Assembly: GCA_963774955.1 (NCBI GenBank)
Contig: CAVZGV010000003.1
Location: forward strand, 771-64,770
DNA: 64,000 bases
From: Candidatus Falkowbacteria bacterium
GTDB taxonomy: Bacteria; Patescibacteriota; Patescibacteriia; CAIXNZ01
Direction: 5' to 3'
Below the pieces are notes generated by a model. That model did no database searches and was not told where the DNA came from. It worked only from the letters and a program-made list of their open reading frames with translations. Every line of letters begins with the position of its first letter. Within the stretch, counting starts at the first letter, position 1. The position numbers and the translations under genes were made by a program. Below, piece after piece: positions 1 to 8,439 of this stretch.

Positions 1-1194
1 TCTGGTTGGGGCGATGCATTTTTAGAGCCCGCTTTAAAAATTTATTTAAAGCGCTGTCGCTAATTTTCAAATTACGTTGTTTGTTGATTTCCAGAGTAAA
101 TCCAGAATTTTATGAACATGTTGGCCGGATTTGGCAGAAATGAAGATAATCGGTGCCCAGGTCAAAAAGGCAAAATAACGGTATATATAGTTTGTATATT
201 CATTGATGGTTGTAACTTCTTTATCTTCAATTAAATCCCATTTATTGGCGATAATGATAATACTCAGTTTTGGACTGCATTAAAAGATCGCTGAGTTTAT
301 TGTCCTGCACGGTGAGTGGCTGGCTGATATCCAGAGACTAAAAGGCAGATGTTGGCACTCTGGGCATTATCAATGCTTTTTCGAACGGAAATTTTTTCTA
401 AGCCCTTGCCGATATTGGCTTGGCGGCGGATGCCGGCTGTATCAATTAGAGTAAAATTTTGTCCTTTATATACTAAGTCAGTATCTATAAACTCACGTGT
501 AGTAAAAGGGATGGGTGAAACAATGACTCGGTCTTCACCTATAATCGCATTTAATAATGATGATTTTCCTACATTAGGTTTGCCGATAATAGCAATTTTG
601 ATGGATTTTAGTTTTTCTAGTTTATTGGAGACTTTACTTTTTTTAATAATTTTTAATTTGTTCACTATTTCGTGTCCAATAAATCACCGGTGGCCATGCC
701 AGTTAAGGCTGAAACAAAAAAGGTGCGCCAAGTCCCAATTGATAAAAACTCAGCTGCCCCAGTACTGAAATTTAAGTGAGTCGGTTTTATTGGCGATTAA
801 AATGATATGTTTATTTGGGAAAAGTTTCTTTAAGGTTCTGGCTAATTCACGATCCTGGGGCAGGGGACCTGTCTGGATATCAACAGTAAATAAAATTAAA
901 TCGGCGTTTTTTAGGGCCGTTTGGGTCGTTGTTTGATAATTTCATTGGCAAAATCAATATTGGCTAAAGGGGCCAATTGTTTTAATTTTTTCTTGGGTAA
1001 AATAGTTTCAATACCGCCGGTATCGATTAATTCAAAATTAATACCCTGCCAGTAAACCTGGCCGATATTAAGGTCGCGTGTGGTGCCGGCAAGTTTGGAG
1101 GTTAAGGCCTTTGGTTGTTCGATTAAGCGGTTAAATAGTGTTGATTTGCCGATATTGGCACGGCCGAAAATAATAACGTTAGGTAGGCTTTCAT
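1..1194 (-). pseudogene. der: GTPase Der/EngA with two G domains. The N-terminus is at ~1194 and the gene runs off the window start. The frame is broken at least 4 times.
   Basis: Minus-strand translation gives LPNVIIFGRANIGKSTLFNRL...TTRD...LIDTGG (GD1) and IAIIGKPNVGKSSLLNAIIGEDRVIVSPIPFTTR...LIDTAGIRR...ANKWDL (GD2), with frame changes between pieces. ORF 297..665 is one fragment. Confidence 0.7.
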
Positions 1195-1213
1195 AAATTT
1201 TAAGTTGCGATTA

Positions 1214-2630
1214 TCAATAAAAAAACCGAATAAATATAGTGTCGTTGTTTTTTAATTTTAAAGAGAGTGACTGGAGATTTTGTCCGAGGATGATAATAAA
1301 ATCAGCCTCAATATTTTGAATGTTTAGCCATTCAGGTTTGTCTGTGGCTAGAGTAGCATTTAATTTTGTTTTAAGATCATCGAGATCTTCGCCTCTTTGG
1401 CCATTAGTTAAATCATAAATCAAAGTTGACTCAATATCTTTTTGTGCCGCATTGCCGATTTTAGTTATTTTATAGCCATGGCCTTTAAATCTACAGGTGC
1501 GATAGGCCAGCCCTTCTATTTTGGTACCGTTTTGTATTTCTATTTTTACAATTTGCTTGGCTTTTTCAGGATTGCCGGTTCAAAAACATTTTTCACCATT
1601 TTTTGTAATTGTTTAAACGACATGTCCTTGGGTAAAAGCAAGTAAGCGCCATTAATCATGGTCGCATAAAGAGGGCTGTCATTGGATGGCTCTAAAACCA
1701 AGTTGGTTATATTATTAGAATCAAAGTCTTTAGCTAATTTGTAAAATTTATAGATTTCCCAAGGTTCCAGATTGGTGGACACGTTTTCCTTATACATATT
1801 TAAGAACGCCGAAATTTTACTGTAGCTGATAAAAGTCGTAAAGGATAAGGCCTTGTCTTTGATGGCTGTCAGAATTTTTTGTTGTCTTTTACTCCTGGCA
1901 AAATCTGAACTTTCACCATTATTGCCATGTCGAGACCGGGCAAAGTTTAGGGCGGTTTCGCCATCCATTTTTTGTAAACCTTGTTCAAATGATACGGTTT
2001 GATAGCCATAGTTATCAGTGGGAAACTGAGAATCAGTAAAGGCAGTATCAACATAGACTTTAATACCATCCAATTCATTGATTAATTTTTCAAAGCCGGA
2101 AAAGTCAACTCGTATATAATAATTTATAGGCTGATCAAAAATCTGGCTGATACTCTCAGCTGACTGGGCACCGGCTCCTTTTTCTTTCATTTCCCCATAA
2201 TGATTGGCTTCATTGATTTTACGCCAGCCATAGCCGGGAATGGGAACAGATAAGTCGCGAGGGATAGAAACCATTGAAACTTTCTTGGTTGATGGTTGGA
2301 CGGAAACAAGAATGTTTGTATCGGTTAAATAGGGACCAGGATGTCCTTCTCCGCCCATGCCTGTGAGTAGGATATTTATGCGATCTTCTTTTTCTCCTGC
2401 CAGCAACTTGTCTTTGCTTATCGTGAAATTTAATGTTTGGAAGATATTGATTTTCTGATGTTCGCTGAAATGCTTTCACCGGACAGCAAGATTTCAAAGG
2501 AGAAAATAAATACGAAAATTGCCAAGAAAATCAGCGGGTAAAAAAGACACTTGGAGAACTCCCCGTTTCTTTGGCTGTTTTGGAGGTTTCGAATGAAATT
2601 GGTTAGGAAATTGATTTTAGGGGTTGACAT
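1214..2630 (-). pseudogene. LytR-CpsA-Psr (LCP) family cell-envelope phosphotransferase. It has an N-terminal TM anchor and is split over at least 3 frames.
   Basis: ORF 1546..2406 contains ILLTGMGGEGHPGPYLTDTNILVSV...MVSIPRDLSV...ALNFARSRH...SDFARSKRQQKIL, the LCP signature. ORF 2430..2630 supplies a TM helix upstream and ORF 1214..1423 a C-terminal continuation. Confidence 0.6.
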
Positions 2631-2794
2631 CTAAGGTCCTAACTAAAAAATTAGGAGAAATGATTTCTCTACTATTAATTTAAACAGAAAAATAGAAAAA
2701 GACAAGGAGTGGCGAGATTTGCTGCTATCTTTATGGTTTGTGCTATCATTAGATTAAACTTATTTTAATTTTTAGTCATTCAATCTATTATGCC

Positions 2795-3416
2795 CAGCAT
2801 CAAAAATGAGGATAGCCAATTTGAATGGAAGACCAAGTCAACATACGATTCCCTGGTAAAACCATAGGGGAATTTTTTATTGAGATTGTTAAGGTCGTCA
2901 TTATTTCTTTGGCCATTATTATTCCGGTGCGTTATTTTTTAATTCAGCCTTTTATGTTAAAGGTGCTTCCATGGAACCCAGTTTTCATGATCATGAATAT
3001 TTGATAATCAATGAAATCGGTTATCGTTTGGATCAGCCACAGCGCGGTGATATTATTGTTTTTCGTTATCCCAAAGATCCGAGTCAATATTTTATCAAAA
3101 GAATTATTGGCTTGCCTGGCGAAAAAGTTAAGATTAAAGATAATAAGGTTTATGTTTATAATGATAAATTCCCAATAGCGTTGAATTAAATGAAGAGGTT
3201 GTATATTGTGAAGATGTGGAGACAACTAATGTGGGTAAATCAGAATTTATTCTAGGCGCGGATGAATATTTTGTTATGGGGGATAATCGTGAGGCTAGTT
3301 TGGATTCTAGAGGATTTGGTCCAGTGCCAAAGCGGTTGATTATTGGCAAGGCCTGGGTTCGTGGCTGGCCATTTGATAAGATTGGTGTTTTTAAACCTCC
3401 ACAATATAATTTTTAA
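2795..3416 (+). pseudogene. lepB: Signal peptidase I, fragmented by frameshifts.
   Basis: GASMEPSFHDHEYL...RGDIIVFRYPKDPSQYFIKRIIGLPGEKV (S26 boxes B-D) in ORF 2971..3189; [17 protein letters not shown]...GKAWVRGWP (box E) in ORF 3216..3416. A one-T deletion in a T-run upstream breaks the TM / Ser-box region. Confidence 0.6.
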
Positions 3417-3572
3417 TTTTAGGGGGCCTTGCTTCGGATTGATTAAATAATTTTACGAACTAAACAAAAAGCCAAGATAAAAGTTTGATTTAATCCCGTA
3501 TGCCAAAAGTTAAGAAAGATCAAAAAAATGAAAAAAGTTAAAGGTGAAATTGTTAAGCAGATGAAAGCTGAA

Positions 3573-4878
3573 ATGAAGTTGATAGAATTTCAAAGTTTCA
3601 AAACAGACGCCGCAGGTTTTGCGTGGATTTAAAGATATTTTGCCAGGGGAGCAAAAATATTGGGATTTGTTGCGGGAAAAATTAGCTATTATTGTGCGTG
3701 ATTATGGATTTGAGCGAATCGATTTGCCGCTTGTTGGAAGAAACAGCGCTTTTTGTCCCGTTCTGTTGGTAAAGAAACAGATATTGTTGACAAAGAAATG
3801 TTTAATTTTATTGATAAAGGCGGTGAAAATGTTAGTTTAAGACCAGAAGCAACTGCTCAGTTGGTCGTGCCTACATTAATCACGGTATGTTTAATTTACC
3901 CCAGCCAGTTAAACTTTATTATGTAGGCCCAATGTTTCGTTATGATCGGCCGCAATCAGGTCGTTATCGACAGTTTAATCAGTGTCGGTTGTGAGGTTTT
4001 GGGCGATATGCATCCGGTTTTGGATGCGCAGATGATTATCATGGCCTATAATTTTTTCAAAGAATTGGTATTCATGTCACGGTATTCAGATTAATAGTAT
4101 TGGTTGCGTATCAATTGCCGCAAGGATTATAAAGTTCAATTGGTGAATTATTATAAAACTCAAAGAGCTGATTTATGCGATGATTGTAAAGACCGCTCGG
4201 TCAAAAATCCCTTGCGACTTTTAGATTGTAAGGAAGAAAAGTGTATTGCCATTAGTGAAGATGCGCCGCAAATTGTGGACTTGGTTATGCGATGAGTGCA
4301 AGAATCATTTTGTCAAAGTGCTTGAATTTCTAGATGAATTGGAAATTCCTTATAATCTAAATTCTTATTTGGTTCGCGGTTTGGATTATTATACTAAAAC
4401 CGTTTTTGAGGTTTGGTCTGAAAATGAGGAAAAGAAGGGTCAAAATGCCCTGGGTGGTGGTGGCCGCTATGATGGTTTGGTGGAAATGCTGGGCGGGCGG
4501 GCAACTCCGGCTGTGGGTTTTGCTCTAGGCTTAGAACGAATCATTTTAAAAATAAAGGAGTTGAATCTGCCTGTACCCGAGAAAGAAAAACGCGATCTTT
4601 TTGTAGGACAGTTGGGCGAAGCTTCAAAAAGAAAAACGTTAAAGCTTTATGAAACCTTAAGGGCCGAGGGGCTTAAAGTGGCGGAATGCTTTGCCAAGGA
4701 TGGTTTGAAAAGTCAGTTAGAAATTGCCAATAAATTGGGAGTAAAATATACCTTGATTTTAGGTCAGAAAGAAATGTCTGAAGGGACTATCATTTTGAGG
4801 GACATGGAAGCAGGTGTCCAGGAAACAATAAATTATAATAAAGTCGTTAAAGAAGTTAAAAAACGGTTGGAAATATAG
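3573..4878 (+). pseudogene. hisS: Histidyl-tRNA synthetase. The 5' two thirds are broken by several single-base indels; the C-terminal 210 aa (anticodon-binding domain) are intact.
   Basis: RGFKDILPGEQKYWDLL...[10 protein letters not shown]; then, after frame changes, [83 protein letters not shown], and the intact LVRGLDYYTKTVFEV...GGGRYDGL tail. Confidence 0.7.
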
Positions 4879-4985
4879 AGGATAGTACAATTCGAAAAAA
4901 AGTGCTAAGGATATTGCAGGTTGAAAAAGATCAAGCTGATGGCGCGTTAGCCCGTAAAATAGTGGAAGAAGAATCAAACAAATAA
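4879..4985 (+). repeat. Degenerate remnant of the yqeY 3' end, a scar of the segmental duplication.
   Basis: 4937-4985 (gatggcgcgttagcccgtaaaatagtggaagaagaatcaaacaaataa) matches 8373-8421, the end of the yqeY-like gene, with a few substitutions. Confidence 0.6.
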
Positions 4986-5003
4986 AAAATTCAGATAATT
5001 CCC

Positions 5004-7514
5004 ATGCACAAGCACTTTCTCTTGGCGCCAGTAAAAAGCCGGGAGCAAAAAAATCATAAATTTGACAATAAGACTGCCAAAGCATTATTGATAGTTGTTT
5101 TGTTTACGGCAGTTTTTTTGTTTGTGTCTCCGGCTTTAGCCCAAACTCAGGATATTACAGGTCTAAGCTATGCTCAATACACCGGGCTGGGTACTCAGGA
5201 TATCCGGATTACAATTGCTAATTTAATCAGGATATTTTTTGGACTTTTAGGATTGGTCGCCGTTGTGATTATACTTTACGGCGGTTTTTTATACATGACT
5301 TCGCAGGGAAACCCTGAGGTAATTCAAAAGGCGAAAAAAGTACTTATCGGCGCTTTTATCGGCCTGCTTATCTGTTTATTGGCTTTTGCTATTGTTCAAT
5401 TTATAATAACCGCTATTTTAGGCGGTGGCGGAGGCGGAGAAGGTGGAGTCGGCGGTGGCTGGGGCGGTGGCGGCGGCGCTTTAGGTTCAGGCATTATAGA
5501 AAGCCATTATCCGGCACGCGATGCAGTCAATATTCCGCGCAATACAAAAATTGCCGTTACTTTTAAAGAGGCAATGTGTCTGACTAGTATAGTCAATGCC
5601 GAGACTGGTAATAAGATTAACACAGATAATATAAGAATATATCCGACGCCGGAAGGCAACGCTGAGCCTGTTTATGTTCAGGACGTTGACGCTTCATATA
5701 CTGCGGACTTAAAGACTTTTGTTTTCAGGCCTGTTAATTATCTGGGCAGTTCAGGTGCGCCTATGCGTTATACTGTGGAATTGACTGAAGATATTACTAA
5801 ATTTGGCTGTAGTAATCCGGCCTTTGGAGTCTTCAGGAATTATGCCTGGAACTTTACTGTTTCTACGGAAATAGACAATACGCCACCGCAGATTAAGTCG
5901 GTCATTCCGTATCCGGCTGAAGAAGTTGATCGTAATAATATTGTGCAGATTAATTTTACCGAACCGATAGACCCGATGACTTTACGAGGGGTAGTGCAAC
6001 TGGACGGCGGTAATAATGTGACGGTGGGCAGTTTGCAGACCGGTACATATAATTACATAAATGTTTGTGCCGCGGCAGATTGTTCTGCGAGCAATAAATT
6101 TATTGCCGGTGAATTCAGATATTCAAATCAGTATCAGACTGTAGAATTTATCACTAATGATCTTTGCGGTAAAAACAGCTGTGGCGGTGATGTTTATTGT
6201 CTGCCGGGTTTGGCTGATATATCTGTCTTGGTTAAAGCCGCTAGTTTAATCCAGGCTGAAGAAAATACTGCGCAATTTCCGTATAACGGTCTGGTTGATA
6301 TGGCTGATAATTCTTTGGATGGAAACTTGGACACTAAATCCGCAGGACCAGGCACTACGCCATACAGCCTTAATGATAATTTGGTTGGCGGAGAATATGT
6401 GACTGCTGCCGGTGAAGGTGATAATGCTATTTGGGAGTTTAGTACGACCGATAAAATTGATTTGATACCACCGCAGATAAGTGTGACTACACCTTTGGCC
6501 AATACCAAGGATGTGGATCCTGACGATACTTATATGATTGATTTTGATAAAGTCATGATGTCCAGCACCTTAAAGCCTAACGGTCAGTATGATGATGGCA
6601 AAAACTATATTACCTTGATTCAGTCAGAAGTACCGGCCGGTTTCGAAGCAGGCTATTGGCTAGAAAAAGAGGAATTTACTGTGGCCAGCAGGCTGAGAAC
6701 CAGGGCCTTAATGAAAACATCTGGTTTGGGTGAAAATCTCAATTATGGCATGAAAATAAGTTCTGACGTTTTGGATATTAAACAAAATTGTTATTTGCCA
6801 TGTTCTGGTCCTGGTTGTGTCAGGCAAGAGGTGCCTGGCGGCAAGCCGGGTCAATATGTTCAAGGCGTGCCCTGGACCCCGCCAACCGGCGCTTACCCAA
6901 CCTGTAATTTAACCGGAACAACTTATAGGTCAATCGGTAATTTTAATGTCAGCTATAGCGAGGACGGGGCAGATAAAGTGTTTTATTTTAAAGCTTTTAG
7001 TCTTATCGACAGTGCCAATACAATTAATGATTTTTATCTTTATGGTAAAGGTATTCCCAGTTCAACAAATGTAATGAAGCATGGAGCTACTTTTACTCAA
7101 ATGATAGCCACAAATAGGGCAGCAACGATGGTATATTATAGCCAATCGGAAAATAAATATTATTTAGTTAATTTTTATGGCGGTTTTGATTCCGGCGGAA
7201 CCGCAAATGCGACAATTACCGGTGGCATTAGCGTCGCCATTTCCGATGATGCGGGTGAAACCAAGGTAACTAATGCGGGGTTAAAAATTATTTCCTCCTC
7301 TCAGTCCTGGACTAGATGGATGGATGGATCGGCAATTTATATCGGCGATGGTTCGGCGGATTTCAGCGTAAAAATGAATCTGACGAGTTTTAAAAAAACT
7401 TTACCGTCTAATCAAAAATGTACCGATGCAGAATGTGAATGGTTTTTATTTGGGCCAGAAGGCCCTGTAAAATTAACAATTCCAAGTGAAGTCACGATTA
7501 ATTTTACAAAATAA
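5004..7514 (+). CDS. Secreted pilin-module adhesin paralog A1 (836 aa). It has a signal peptide, a VirB2/TrbC-like two-helix hydrophobic hairpin, a poly-Gly linker and a Cys-containing beta-rich ectodomain.
   Basis: Intact 836-aa ORF. N-terminus: KALLIVVLFTAVFLFVSPALA | QTQD...TQDIRITIANLIRIFFGLLGLVAVVIILYGGFLYMTSQGNPEVIQKAKKVLIGAFIGLLICLLAFAIVQFI, then GGGGGGEGGVGGGWGGGGG. The 5' ~1.55 kb is nearly identical to 8440-9990. Confidence 0.8.
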   Translation: MHKHFLLAPVKSREQKNHKFDNKTAKALLIVVLFTAVFLFVSPALAQTQDITGLSYAQYTGLGTQDIRITIANLIRIFFGLLGLVAVVIILYGGFLYMTSQGNPEVIQKAKKVLIGAFIGLLICLLAFAIVQFIITAILGGGGGGEGGVGGGWGGGGGALGSGIIESHYPARDAVNIPRNTKIAVTFKEAMCLTSIVNAETGNKINTDNIRIYPTPEGNAEPVYVQDVDASYTADLKTFVFRPVNYLGSSGAPMRYTVELTEDITKFGCSNPAFGVFRNYAWNFTVSTEIDNTPPQIKSVIPYPAEEVDRNNIVQINFTEPIDPMTLRGVVQLDGGNNVTVGSLQTGTYNYINVCAAADCSASNKFIAGEFRYSNQYQTVEFITNDLCGKNSCGGDVYCLPGLADISVLVKAASLIQAEENTAQFPYNGLVDMADNSLDGNLDTKSAGPGTTPYSLNDNLVGGEYVTAAGEGDNAIWEFSTTDKIDLIPPQISVTTPLANTKDVDPDDTYMIDFDKVMMSSTLKPNGQYDDGKNYITLIQSEVPAGFEAGYWLEKEEFTVASRLRTRALMKTSGLGENLNYGMKISSDVLDIKQNCYLPCSGPGCVRQEVPGGKPGQYVQGVPWTPPTGAYPTCNLTGTTYRSIGNFNVSYSEDGADKVFYFKAFSLIDSANTINDFYLYGKGIPSSTNVMKHGATFTQMIATNRAATMVYYSQSENKYYLVNFYGGFDSGGTANATITGGISVAISDDAGETKVTNAGLKIISSSQSWTRWMDGSAIYIGDGSADFSVKMNLTSFKKTLPSNQKCTDAECEWFLFGPEGPVKLTIPSEVTINFTK
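5082..5500 (+). other. Pilin-like module (two hydrophobic helices around a short GNPE..K.KK loop) plus Gly-rich linker of A1.
   Basis: Hydrophobicity pattern read from the translation. Paralogous copies at 8518-8935 and 11125-11500. Confidence 0.55.
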
Positions 7515-7529
7515 ACAGAACCCTATTTG

Positions 7530-7612
7530 AGGGACATGGAAGCAGTGTCCAGGAAGCAATAAATTATAATAAAGTCGTTAAGGAAATCAAGAAAAGACTG
7601 GAAATGTAATGA
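7530..7612 (+). repeat. Remnant copy of the hisS 3' end (out of frame).
   Basis: tttgagggacatggaagcag-tgtccaggaagcaataaattataataaagtcgttaa matches hisS 4796-4860 with ~85-90% identity and a 1-nt gap. Confidence 0.65.
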
Positions 7613-7633
7613 TAATAATTTATCAATGAGGAA

Positions 7634-7662
7634 AGTGCTAAGGCTAGCCAAGCACTTTTTTT
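7634..7662 (+). terminator. Rho-independent terminator after A1.
   Basis: agtgct-aaggctagcca-agcact stem-loop followed by a 7-T run. Confidence 0.6.
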
Positions 7663-7682
7663 ATTTATAAACAGTTTTTAAT

Positions 7683-7711
7683 TTGACTGATTAGCCAAAT
7701 ATTGGTATATT
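7683..7711 (+). promoter_or_regulatory. Sigma70-type promoter for rpsU-yqeY.
   Basis: TTGACT, 17 nt, TATATT, about 30 nt upstream of the rpsU start. Confidence 0.5.
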
Positions 7712-7738
7712 TAAAGTATCTTAATTATTGAAAGGAGA

Positions 7739-7969
7739 ATGGTTATAATGACCGAAGTTAAAAGAAAAAAGAGCGAAACCTTTGAAAGCTTATTAAGAAG
7801 GTTTAATAAAAGAATGATTCAGAGCGGCAAAATTTTGCAGGCTAAAAAAATCAGATTTAAAACTAAGGGACCCAACAAAAATTTGGCCAAGCAATTAGCC
7901 CTAAGAAGATTGAAAATCAAGACTAAAAAAGACTATTTGAGAAAAATCGGCAAGTTAATTGAGGAATAA
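7739..7969 (+). CDS. rpsU: 30S ribosomal protein S21.
   Basis: Small basic protein ...RFNKRMIQSGKILQAKKIRFKTKGPNKNLAKQLALRR..., typical of S21. An AGGAG RBS at 7733-7737 favours the second ATG at 7748 as the real start. Confidence 0.75.
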   Translation: MVIMTEVKRKKSETFESLLRRFNKRMIQSGKILQAKKIRFKTKGPNKNLAKQLALRRLKIKTKKDYLRKIGKLIEE

Positions 7970-7974
7970 TTATA

Positions 7975-8421
7975 ATGCAGATGTCAATTTTACAGCAAAT
8001 AGATACTGATTTTCAGCAAGCCCGAAAAGATCAGAATCAAGACGCCTTATCCACCTTGCGTCTGATTCTGGCTGCTTTGAAATACGAACGAATTAAAAAA
8101 ATGGTTGATTTAACTGAAGATGATGTCATTAAAATATTAAAAACAGAGACAAAGAAACGAAAAGAATCAATAGTTGAATATGAAAAAGGCAACCGTCAGG
8201 ATCTGGTTGCCAAAGAACAAACTGAAATTAAAATAATTGATAAGTATTTGCCAGCTCAGTTAAGTGAGGATGAAATCAAAGTTAAAGTCAGGGCCATACT
8301 TAGTTCCCTGGAAGACAAAGATAATGCCGGTAAGGTTATGGGTAAAGTAATGGCAGAAATGAAGGGACAGGCCGATGGCACATTAGTTCGTAAAATAGTG
8401 GAAGAAGAATCAAACAAATAA
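7975..8421 (+). CDS. yqeY: GatB/YqeY domain protein.
   Basis: 148 aa, ...ILAALKYERIKK...KRKESIVEYEKGNRQDLVAKEQTEIKIIDKYLP...AGKVMGKVM..., the YqeY family pattern. Confidence 0.6.
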   Translation: MQMSILQQIDTDFQQARKDQNQDALSTLRLILAALKYERIKKMVDLTEDDVIKILKTETKKRKESIVEYEKGNRQDLVAKEQTEIKIIDKYLPAQLSEDEIKVKVRAILSSLEDKDNAGKVMGKVMAEMKGQADGTLVRKIVEEESNK

Positions 8422-8439
8422 AAAATTCAGATAATTCCC

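Noticed and set aside
349-768. 139-aa + strand ORF antisense to der.
   Set aside because: It overlaps the der coding region on the opposite strand, has low-complexity composition and no motif. It is a typical antisense ORF in an AT-rich gene.
2623-2660. TTGACA...TAACTAAAAAAT promoter-like element upstream of lepB.
   Set aside because: The -10 is poor and spacing is ambiguous. It is a plausible promoter but not supportable beyond a guess.
3481-3560. Tiny ORF MPKVKKDQKNEKS just upstream of hisS, considered as a small ribosomal protein.
   Set aside because: It is too short, has no recognisable family, and sits in the frameshift-ridden stretch. It may be a remnant or the garbled 5' end of hisS.
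5400-5520. A G-rich DNA run (ggcggtggcggaggcggagaaggtggagtcggcggtggctggggcggtggcggcggc), considered as a possible G-quadruplex or CRISPR-like repeat.
   Set aside because: It is simply the coding sequence of the poly-Gly linker (GGGGGGEGGVGGGWGGGGG). It is duplicated at 8860-8930 because the gene is duplicated. There is no spacer-repeat architecture.
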